Of a stretch of DNA of 64,000 nucleotides, positions 1-7,882 are shown piece after piece. Below the pieces are notes generated by a model. It did not search any database. It saw nothing but the letters and a program-made list of their open reading frames with translations, and was not told where the DNA came from. Source of the stretch: a virus. The position numbers and the translations under genes were made by a program. Numbering within the stretch: position 1 is the first letter of the stretch; every line of letters starts with the position of its first letter. The DNA lies in the IMG/VR virus record IMGVR_UViG_3300037193_001894, positions 1 to 64,000 of that record, one strand, 5' to 3'.

Positions 1-685
1 AGGTGATTAGGAGCGAGAGTGCGGGCGCGTGCTTCAAGGTGAATGAGGGGCGTTGCTCCAGGCGCCACACCAAAGGCAGAACGAGAGCGGCGATTGCGAT
101 CTGTGCGAGCTCGACGCCGAGGTTGAATGACAGAAACGGAATCGCAGCCTGTTTCAAGCCACGATCGATCGTGCCGATGCCCAACTCGCGCAAAGCCGAT
201 GCGAACCCGAGGCCGTGGACCAGGCCGAACATGAACGTCACCAACCACCGCGCTGCAAGTCGTCGACGAAAAAGATTCTCCAGACCGACAAACACGATCG
301 AAGCGGCGATGACGGGCTCCACTAAAGCCGCGGAAACATTAATCACACCCAGCGTAGCCATCGCCAGAGTGAGCGAATGCGCCACGGTAAACGACGTGAT
401 GATCTTCGCGTTATCCCGCAGTGAACCCCCGGCGAGCAACAGCGCGAGCAGAAACGCCAGGTGATCGTAGCCGGTCAAAATGTGCTCGACGCCAAGCTGC
501 AGAAAACGCAGGAACGATTTGTTACCGCTGCCGGTCGGGCGCAAGTCGAGCGTGACGTCTGCTGATTCCGCGCTGAACATGCGTTCCGCCAGCAGCTTGT
601 TATCCTTGTCATAGACCGAGCAGAACTGCTTGTGTCCACGAGGTAGACTCGCGAGCACCGGCGCGCTGATTCGCAACCTCGCAGC
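1..685 (-). CDS. HupE/UreJ-family membrane protein, partial (runs off the window at its 3' end and is truncated at its 5' end); not phage-like
   Basis: Manual minus-strand translation (missing from the ORF track): ...LPRGHKQFCSV...FLQLGVEHILTGYDHLAFLLALLL...IITSFTVAHSLTL...VEPVIAASIVFVGLEN...FGLVHGLGFA...FNLGVELAQ, the characteristic HupE/UreJ motifs. Lower GC and different codon style than the rest of the window. Confidence 0.88.
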
Positions 686-3600
686 CCCGGGGCTCGCCGT
701 CAGCACCCTCACCGATCGGCCGACCTCGGAACGCCAGCACCTGGCTGTTCTTGAGGTGCTCCTCGTCCCTCCAGCCCATCTCGTCGAGGTACTGGTGGAG
801 GTGGTGGGGATTCCAGAACGCCGAGTAGCCGGGCTTGGGCTCCCAGTACTTGGCCAGGTCCGGGTGAGGAGCCTCGCCGATGTTGCGGGTGCTGGCGTGC
901 TCGGGGCCGAAGGGCTGGTCCTTGCCGTGCAGCCGGTAGTAGAGGCCGTCCTCCATCGGCAGCGGGCCAGTCTTCGCCGCTGTCCAGGTCCACTCACCCT
1001 TGCCGGTGTTCTCCCTGAGGTACGACCAGCCCTTGTCCTGCCGGGTGAGCCCGCCGTTGTGGTAGCGCTCCACCTCGTCGAGGAGGTGCTCGGGCTCGCC
1101 GTGGATGGAGCGGATGTGGCGGTGCTCCACCTCTCCGGGACGGCGCTCCTGGGCCAGCCTCTTGGACTCCTCCGGCCAGGCCGAACTCACGGAGCCCTTG
1201 GGGTGCATCTGGTCGGTGTGGGTGACCTCGATGGTCTTCGGGTCGAACGCGATCGCGCAGTGGTGTCCCTTCGGCCCCTCCACGTCGTTGCCGTAGGTGA
1301 TGCCGTCGTGGCCCTCGTAGCGCAGGTGCTTGACGTAGGCCTCGGCGATCTCCTTCTGCCGGGGGTGGAACTGGAGGTAGGACTCCATCGAGGAGTGCGG
1401 GCCGGGCCGGTCCTTGGGCTGAGGGGCGTCCAGGCGGCTGTTGATGCCCGCCCGGGTGGCCCCGCTGCCGTAGTTCCAGCGGTGGTTCTCGTCGTGCTTG
1501 TCGTCGTGGAAGTGGTCGCTGCGCATCGTGGTGTTCCAGACGTGCCGCAGCAGGTCGTGCTCGTTGGCGAAGTGCACCGGGTTCTTCATCTTGAGCCGGG
1601 CATGGAAGATCCGGCCGTGAGCGGTGCCGTGGTGCTCTCCGGCGAAGCCGTGGGCCACCGAGTGCAGCGGGGAGAAGTGCACCCCGAGCAGCCTGTTCAT
1701 CTGCGGCCCACCGAAGCCCGGGCCGGGAGCCTGATGGCCAGCGTGGACCGCTGCCGGGTCGGGGTGGCCCTCGTACTCGCCGATGGTGCCGTGGAACCAC
1801 TCGTCGTGGTGGTGGTACGGGTTGGCCAGGTAGCCGTCGGCGCTGGCGGTCTTGGCGAGGTGCCCCTCGTTCAGCACCTCCACGGGCAGGTGCTTGAGCC
1901 CCGCGTCAGAGGCGGCATGGATGCGATGGTTGCCGTTGAGCACCCGCCCATTCAGGACGCGGATGTGGTCGTCGTCGGCGTCGGCGGAGTCCTCGTCGTA
2001 GCCACTCTGGCGCATCTGCTCGGCATACTGGCGCACCTTCTGCTCGTCCACGGCGTCGGAGGAGCGCGGCAGTGCGTACTCCAGCAACTTCGAGACCGAC
2101 ATGCGGGTGGTGTCCCTGCGGGCAGCCTGCTTGGCCAGGTGGGCGTGCTCGTGGGCGGGCTCGATGCCCGCGACATGGGCCACGGAGCCGTCCACGGTGC
2201 GCCACTCGCCCAGCGCGGAGACCTGGTAGCCCTGGGCTCCCGGCTTGGGGTGGCAGCGCAGCACCGCGAACTCGCTGGGGTGCGAGGCAGCCAGGCCCTT
2301 CTCGTCGTTCATGATGAAGCCCGGGTCCATGTGTCCCCCGGTGAACTGCCGCCACGTCGCGAACGTCTTGTAGAACTGGCTGCGCTGGCGCATCAGGTCG
2401 TCGCCGTGCACGGGCTGGTGCCAGGCGGTGTGCATCTCCTTGCCGCCGAACCGGATCGGGGTGGACCTCGGGTGCGGCTGCACGTCCTCGCCGTACTTGG
2501 CCCGGGCCTCCTCGACCGTGTGGGTGGCGTTGTGGTGCTCCACGCCGTTCAGGACGTTCTGGAGGCCCTCGGGGTAGGGGTCACCGTGCTTCCACTCCCC
2601 GGAGTCCGGGTGCGGCCCGCCGTGGCTGTAGACCATGTGCTTCTCGAAGCCGCCCTCGTGGGCCTGGCGCATCATGTCGTGCGGGGTGATCTTGCCGTTG
2701 AGCACCGAGTGGTACTCGTGCAGCGCCCGGTGGATGTGGTGGGCCACCTCGGGGTCGTCGGTGAAGGAGATCGTGTCGCTCTCGCCGCCGCCCAGGCCGT
2801 TGCCGCCGCGCTGGCTCAACTCGTCGCGGCTCTTGAGGGTGCCGTCGTGCAGCACGGCGGTCTTGTTGGTGGTGACGTGCCACAGCGTCTGCGGCAGCGG
2901 CTTCCAGGCCAGCCCGTGCCGGGGGGCGTCGTAGCCGGTGTCCTGGTCGTGGCCGCGCCCGTGGTAGCCGTTGGCCTTGGCCTCCTCGGGGTGGAGGTCA
3001 CCTCGCGAGAGGGCCTTGCGGACCTCGTGGGTCCAGGTGTTCTGGATCCGACGCTGCCGATCGCCGTGGGCCAAGATCTCGTCGTCGGTGCTGCCCTCGG
3101 GGGTGGTCTGGTACTTCGGCTTGGGCTGCCTCCAGATCGGCTCGGCCGAGGCGAAGTGCGAGAGCAGGGAGGCCGTCGCCTTGGGGTTGACCAGGTAGTG
3201 GCCTCTCCCGTCGGGGTTGATCAGGTGGTCCTGGCCCCGCTCCCTTGGCTGCTGGTGGCGGTGCGGGCTGCTCTCGTGCAGCCACTCCCACTTCTTCATG
3301 TGGATCTGCTCGTCGTCGAACGCGATGGCGCAGTGATGCCCCTTGGAGCCCTCGTACTCGTTGCCGTAGGTCACCCCGTCGTGGCCCTGGTCCTGGAGGT
3401 GCCGCTTGAACCCCGAGGTGATCTCCTCGCGGTCGGGGTGGAAGCGCAGGTAGTGGTCGAGGTGCTCCCCGCCCCGGTCGCCCGGCCCGTTGGCGTCGAT
3501 GTTGGCGATCGCCTCCCGGTGGGCCGGGGTGATCATGAAGGCGTCCATCACCGGGTGCAGGTGGTGGGCCTCGGACACGTCATCGTTGTCCCACTCGCCG

Positions 3601-4127
3601 TCGATGAAGGCCCGACGGGCGTCGTCGTCGTTGAACAGCCCATCGTGGTCGTACTCGTGGCCGTTCTTGTGCGCCCACCTGATCGCATCGCGGCTCATGT
3701 CGAACTCGGAGTCGTAGTGCTTGGGGTTGCCGATGTGCAGGCGGCAGTGCGCGATCCGGGACTCGGGCACCGGAGAGGATCCCGAGCCGGGGCGACCTGA
3801 GGCGAAGGACCTCGCGGTCCACCGGTCGCTGGTGAAGTGGGTGCCCAGGTCGGTGTTCCAGTGCTTGTCGGAGTTCTCGCCGTACTCGGACCCGACCGGC
3901 CCGTAGTGCTCCAGTCGGCCACCCGGGGGCGGGGCGGTCGGGTTCAGGTGCGGGGAGGACAGGTTGTGCTCCCCGGCCGGGTCGGGCGCGGTGCTGCGGC
4001 GCTTCTCGGGGTCGTTGTAGAACGTCTCGCTGGTCCCGTGGTACCAGTGCCGCCCGCCGTCACTCGGGTTCGGCAGGTGCGGTGCCACCGTGATGGCAGA
4101 CCGGAAGAACGACGAGAGCGAGAACAC
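609..4127 (-). CDS. Large His-rich polyvalent protein with several ADP-ribosyltransferase-like modules and a ParB/Srx-like module; native C-terminus lost at the ~690 junction
   Basis: GTG at 4127 follows a GGAGG SD. Two homologous modules W[YF]HGT...LG[TV]HF[TS]...[RK]L[HK]..NP.H...GHDG[VI]TYGN..EG.KGHHCAIAFD. A third module LWHVTT...TLKS...ISFT...GEWR, a ParB-like motif VLNGNHRIHAA, and a fourth module YYRLH...GYSAF...DGEP. The last ~27 codons come from the foreign segment. Confidence 0.7.
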   Translation of the reverse strand: MFSLSSFFRSAITVAPHLPNPSDGGRHWYHGTSETFYNDPEKRRSTAPDPAGEHNLSSPHLNPTAPPPGGRLEHYGPVGSEYGENSDKHWNTDLGTHFTSDRWTARSFASGRPGSGSSPVPESRIAHCRLHIGNPKHYDSEFDMSRDAIRWAHKNGHEYDHDGLFNDDDARRAFIDGEWDNDDVSEAHHLHPVMDAFMITPAHREAIANIDANGPGDRGGEHLDHYLRFHPDREEITSGFKRHLQDQGHDGVTYGNEYEGSKGHHCAIAFDDEQIHMKKWEWLHESSPHRHQQPRERGQDHLINPDGRGHYLVNPKATASLLSHFASAEPIWRQPKPKYQTTPEGSTDDEILAHGDRQRRIQNTWTHEVRKALSRGDLHPEEAKANGYHGRGHDQDTGYDAPRHGLAWKPLPQTLWHVTTNKTAVLHDGTLKSRDELSQRGGNGLGGGESDTISFTDDPEVAHHIHRALHEYHSVLNGKITPHDMMRQAHEGGFEKHMVYSHGGPHPDSGEWKHGDPYPEGLQNVLNGVEHHNATHTVEEARAKYGEDVQPHPRSTPIRFGGKEMHTAWHQPVHGDDLMRQRSQFYKTFATWRQFTGGHMDPGFIMNDEKGLAASHPSEFAVLRCHPKPGAQGYQVSALGEWRTVDGSVAHVAGIEPAHEHAHLAKQAARRDTTRMSVSKLLEYALPRSSDAVDEQKVRQYAEQMRQSGYDEDSADADDDHIRVLNGRVLNGNHRIHAASDAGLKHLPVEVLNEGHLAKTASADGYLANPYHHHDEWFHGTIGEYEGHPDPAAVHAGHQAPGPGFGGPQMNRLLGVHFSPLHSVAHGFAGEHHGTAHGRIFHARLKMKNPVHFANEHDLLRHVWNTTMRSDHFHDDKHDENHRWNYGSGATRAGINSRLDAPQPKDRPGPHSSMESYLQFHPRQKEIAEAYVKHLRYEGHDGITYGNDVEGPKGHHCAIAFDPKTIEVTHTDQMHPKGSVSSAWPEESKRLAQERRPGEVEHRHIRSIHGEPEHLLDEVERYHNGGLTRQDKGWSYLRENTGKGEWTWTAAKTGPLPMEDGLYYRLHGKDQPFGPEHASTRNIGEAPHPDLAKYWEPKPGYSAFWNPHHLHQYLDEMGWRDEEHLKNSQVLAFRGRPIGEGADGEPRGCEVANQRAGARESTSWTQAVLLGL

Positions 4128-4139
4128 CAGGGACACCTC

Positions 4140-4174
4140 CACCCCTTCGGGGCGCTCAAGCCGTGACGGACAGC
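4140..4174 (-). promoter_or_regulatory. Putative phage late promoter, copy 1 (GCTGTC-N20-GAAGGGGTG)
   Basis: Same motif and spacing at 32027-32061 and 53540-53574; sits directly before the SD of the polyvalent gene. Confidence 0.65.
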
Positions 4175-4341
4175 GCAGCCACGAGGTCCTCGGAGGCGTC
4201 CTTGCGGGCGACGAAGCCCTGGCACACGAAACCCTTAGGCCCGGCGTGACAGCCGACGGCCTTGCACTTGGCTCCGGGGCGCTTGCCGTGGAAGGAGAAG
4301 GAGTGGCCGCAGTTGGCGCACGACTCCTGTAGCACTCCCAT
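4156..4341 (-). CDS. Small Cys/His-rich (putative zinc-binding) protein
   Basis: 61 aa, CANCGH...H...CKAVGCH...C; GGAGG SD upstream. Confidence 0.7.
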   Translation of the reverse strand: MGVLQESCANCGHSFSFHGKRPGAKCKAVGCHAGPKGFVCQGFVARKDASEDLVAALSVTA

Positions 4342-4406
4342 GAACGACCCTCCTAGCAGGTTTCCTTGGAGAGTCTCTCACAGAGGGCCGCTCAGGGGTA
4401 GACGTG

Positions 4407-4453
4407 GCGGAGCCCCCTCCACCGTGCTCGTCGGCCAGTGGAAGGGGCTCCGC
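4407..4453 (-). terminator. Stem-loop downstream of terL (putative terminator)
   Basis: Arms GCGGAGCCCC...GGGGCTCCGC with an extended imperfect inner stem; no clear U-tract. Confidence 0.5.
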
Positions 4454-4598
4454 TTCGAGTCCTTACGGGGTCCTGCCTCGCGCCGGGAGAGCCGGGTGTT
4501 TCGCCAGAAAGACCGACAAGCGCGTACAGCAGGGCCACGTGTGGCCTCGCGTCAAGGATCGCATACCAGGCAGGTCCGACACAACCCCAGGTTGCTTA

Positions 4599-6665
4599 CT
4601 AGCGCCGGGTGCCCCGACGCGGCATCCGGGAGGGCGTCATGTCGGCCCGGCCCCGTGCTCGGCCGAACGAGGAGAGTTGGGCCAGCCGCTGGTCGGTGTC
4701 GTGGTCGGCCGGTGCGCTCATCCCCGGGAACGGCTCCATGCCGCCCTCCATCGCCGCCCCGGGCCGGAAGGACGACAACTCCGAGTGCAGGAAGTTGTTC
4801 ACCTGCTCGCCGATCAGCACGTGGATGCACTCCATCATCGCGTCGGCGATGTCCTTGGACTGCACCGGACCCGACGAGGGGTGGTCCACCCGGCCGTTGA
4901 CCAGTTGGAGGAAGCGCAGTTCGAGTTCGGCCCGCTCGTAGTAGGGGGCGTGCACCAGATCGAGGTTGATCGCGGCCTTCGAGTTCTCCTTGACCTGCCA
5001 GTCGTACTGCCGCGTCGAGGTCTTCTCGAAGACCTGGACGTTCTTGGTCAGCCGGGGGTTGGCGGTGCGGATCTTCTTCTGCATCTTCTGGATCGAGGAG
5101 GTGGAGTTGTACTGGTCGTAGGTGAACTCGCCCGGCACGAAGGCCTTGATCAGGTTCTCCCAGATCCAGTTGTCCACGTGCTCGTAGTCGATGATGCTGT
5201 CGGGGAAGTCCTTCGGGTCGAAGTGGCCGATCTGGTCGAAGACGCAGTGCGGTCGGCCCTCCTCGTCGTACTCCACGTGGGCCAGGGCGTAGCCGAACTT
5301 GTCGTTGACCTTCGATGGGTCGGCGTGGCCCTTGTAGGTGTGCGCCATGATCCCCCGGGTCTGCATGAACAACTCGGGCGGGCCGTACTTGCTGGGGCGC
5401 TGCTGCCAGGGCCGGAAGACGTTCTTGACCTTCTCCTCGTTGAGGTAGGCGTCCAGGGCTGCGGCCCACTTCGCCCGGCGCTCGACCTTGAAGGTGTCGG
5501 GGTTGGCCCGCTCCTCGCGCTCCATCTGCTCGTCGTAGACCTGGATCGCCCCGCGCAGCACCACGAACTGCGGGTGCTCCACCATGTCGGGGTTCTCGGG
5601 GTCGTACTCGCCGAGGTCCCCCATGAACTCCTCGGGGAACAGCGGGAGGATCGCGGTGCGCTCCCAGTCCTTGTAGATGTCCCAGGAGGCCAACTGGAGC
5701 GAGAGCATGTCGGGGTAGGCGAAGTCCCCGTTCTCGTCCTTCTCGTTGGCGTGCAGCCAGTTGTCGTAGAACTGGCCCAGCATCTGCCAGGGGCTCGACG
5801 GCTCGACGATGAAGGCGTCCTTGCCGAACTGGTCCAGCGAGGGCTTCGCGGCCTCGTAGACCTCACCGGCCGACCGGTTGGCTCCGGAGGCCACCACGTG
5901 GGCCATCTCGTCGTAGGCCTGCATCATCGAGGTCGGACCACGACCGGCCATCACCGTGGACTCGCGGGGCTGGATGATGAACGTCGCCTGGTCCCGCTCG
6001 GTGCGGATCCCCTTGGCTGCCTGGTTCCGCATCCTCACGAAGTCGTGCGGCGCGTAGATCGACAACTTCTCGGTGTGGTCGTCGCTGATGTAGGGGGCGA
6101 AGCACGTCGAGCCGGTGATCACGTTCACCAGGTCGCCGAAGACCGTGGCCTTGGCCTGGTCGCGCTTGCCCGCGAAGATCAGGCAGACCAACTTCTTGTC
6201 GCGGTCCACCCCGTAGAAGCCCTGCGGGTCGCCCTTGGCCATGTAGTTCCAGAGCACGTAGGCCATGCACAGCGCCGTCACGTGGCCCTTGCCAGCGCGT
6301 CGGCCCATGACCAGCAGGACCTCGCGGAACCACTTGTGGCCCCGAGCCCGCAGCAGCCGCATCTTGAACAGCACGCCGGGGGCCAGCCCCTCGGTGCCGT
6401 TGCTCAGCCGGTAGGCCTCCTCCCACTCCTCGATGACCGTGTAGTCGTAGGGGGTGAACAGGTCCTCGCGGAGGAAGACGACCTTGATCAGCGTCGCCTG
6501 GCGGGGGTAGAGGTTGCCACGGTTGAGCCACTTCTCCCCGCACACGAAGGTGATCGGGTCCGGCACCTCGATACCGGTGAACAACTGGTGCATCGTGTCC
6601 AGGCCGAACGCCAAAGGGGGCGTACCCGCTTGGGATACGCCCCTCAGTGCCGTGGCCGAGGACAT
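4599..6665 (-). CDS. terL: Terminase large subunit
   Basis: Walker A VMGRRAGKG, Walker B AYDEMAH, motif III PSSP, C-terminal RNase H-like nuclease (HADPS...KDIADA). Confidence 0.9.
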   Translation of the reverse strand: MSSATALRGVSQAGTPPLAFGLDTMHQLFTGIEVPDPITFVCGEKWLNRGNLYPRQATLIKVVFLREDLFTPYDYTVIEEWEEAYRLSNGTEGLAPGVLFKMRLLRARGHKWFREVLLVMGRRAGKGHVTALCMAYVLWNYMAKGDPQGFYGVDRDKKLVCLIFAGKRDQAKATVFGDLVNVITGSTCFAPYISDDHTEKLSIYAPHDFVRMRNQAAKGIRTERDQATFIIQPRESTVMAGRGPTSMMQAYDEMAHVVASGANRSAGEVYEAAKPSLDQFGKDAFIVEPSSPWQMLGQFYDNWLHANEKDENGDFAYPDMLSLQLASWDIYKDWERTAILPLFPEEFMGDLGEYDPENPDMVEHPQFVVLRGAIQVYDEQMEREERANPDTFKVERRAKWAAALDAYLNEEKVKNVFRPWQQRPSKYGPPELFMQTRGIMAHTYKGHADPSKVNDKFGYALAHVEYDEEGRPHCVFDQIGHFDPKDFPDSIIDYEHVDNWIWENLIKAFVPGEFTYDQYNSTSSIQKMQKKIRTANPRLTKNVQVFEKTSTRQYDWQVKENSKAAINLDLVHAPYYERAELELRFLQLVNGRVDHPSSGPVQSKDIADAMMECIHVLIGEQVNNFLHSELSSFRPGAAMEGGMEPFPGMSAPADHDTDQRLAQLSSFGRARGRADMTPSRMPRRGTRR

Positions 6666-7105
6666 CAGTGCTTGTGCCCCGCGTGCTGCTGCTCAAGCGC
6701 CTTCATGGCTGCCGGGTCGGTCTTGATGACGCCCTTGTCGCCGAGTTCGAGGATGTCGTTGGTGACCTCGTGCACCTGCCGGTCGTGGTCGAAGTCCTTG
6801 CGCTCGGTGCGGTCGGAGATGCAGATCTCGGGGATCAGCACGCCGGGGATGTTGGTGTCCCACCAGGCCACCTGGACGATGAAGCCGATCTCGGCGAACC
6901 GCTCGTAGATCTCGCGGTTGAAGGCGTCGAGGTTGGTCCGTCGGCTGGAGCCGAGACGCTCGTTGAGCGCGGCGACGATCCGCTCGATCTCCATGATCTC
7001 CGAGTCGTGGATCTCGATCTTGGCGGTCAGCCCGGGAGCGTTGGGCTCCTGCTGCCGGGGCTGGTTCTGGCCGATGATCGGGATGTTCGGGTCGTTGAGG
7101 TTCAC
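6665..7105 (-). CDS. Hypothetical protein
   Basis: 3' part of ORF 6665..7513. GTG start overlaps the upstream TGA (GTGA); phage-like codon use from MNLNDPNIP. Confidence 0.7.
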   Translation of the reverse strand: MNLNDPNIPIIGQNQPRQQEPNAPGLTAKIEIHDSEIMEIERIVAALNERLGSSRRTNLDAFNREIYERFAEIGFIVQVAWWDTNIPGVLIPEICISDRTERKDFDHDRQVHEVTNDILELGDKGVIKTDPAAMKALEQQHAGHKH

Positions 7106-7875
7106 GCTGCCAACTCCAGGTTGTTGAGTCGGACGGTCTTCCGGCCGACGGGGAAGCACGCCTCGCCCCAGGTGCGGAGCAGGTCGCGCAGGTCTTCGTA
7201 CCGGATCAGGCCGGTGCCGTTGATGCCGTACTCGGTCCCCCAGGAGTTCACCCACCGGAAGACCCGGTAGCGCTTCCAGTAGTCCTCCCCCGGGATGCGC
7301 ATCGAGGGGTGGTAGCCGGTGACGCAGAGAGCGTGCCCGCCCACCTCGTCGCCGGTCACCTCCACCAGGCCCGAGGGGCGGGTGGAGTACATGCCTTCGA
7401 GCCAGGGGATGCCGATCACGGCCGGACCCTTGACGCTGACGCCCATCCGCAGGTCCTCGATCCCGAAGGCCCACTCGTGGCCGGTCTGGAGCCCCAGCAC
7501 GTCGCGTACCCACTTGGCCCCGGCGTTGACGCTGGTGCCCTCGTAGACCGGTGCCTCACCCTCCCACTCGTCGTTGCGCTGCGACCAGCGGTACCCGGCC
7601 CTGGCGTGCGCCTCGGCCTTCTCCTTGGTCACGTAGGGGTCCGGGTGGGGGCTGGCCATCAGTTCGTGGGTCCAGGCGTGGTTGACGCAGGACCCCTCCC
7701 GGTACTGGTCGAGCCGGATCTTGGAGGGCGTCCAGAACTTCGGCTCGTCCGGGACGGTGGTGGCGATCGAGGCCCGGACGGGGTAGACCAGCGACTGGGC
7801 GTCGTGGATGGAGACCCACCCCAGCCGGGGGTCGTCGGTGGGGAAGGTCTTCACATCGAGCGTGGGTGCGGTCAT
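7102..7875 (-). CDS. Papain-like (C1) cysteine peptidase
   Basis: DQYREGSCVNHA (oxyanion Q, catalytic C), GGHALCVTGY (H), VNSWGTEYGINGTG (N). Confidence 0.88.
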   Translation of the reverse strand: MTAPTLDVKTFPTDDPRLGWVSIHDAQSLVYPVRASIATTVPDEPKFWTPSKIRLDQYREGSCVNHAWTHELMASPHPDPYVTKEKAEAHARAGYRWSQRNDEWEGEAPVYEGTSVNAGAKWVRDVLGLQTGHEWAFGIEDLRMGVSVKGPAVIGIPWLEGMYSTRPSGLVEVTGDEVGGHALCVTGYHPSMRIPGEDYWKRYRVFRWVNSWGTEYGINGTGLIRYEDLRDLLRTWGEACFPVGRKTVRLNNLELAA

Positions 7876-7882
7876 GGGGTCC

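Noticed and set aside
3-464. Plus-strand 153-aa ORF
   Set aside because: Antisense shadow of the HupE/UreJ reading frame on the minus strand.
600-700. Prophage attachment site
   Set aside because: The junction cuts a phage gene mid-domain and no integrase is present in the window.
4460-4598. Hammerhead, HDV-like or pistol ribozyme
   Set aside because: Only fragments match (GGCGAAAC, AGGGCCACG); the full cores could not be built by eye.
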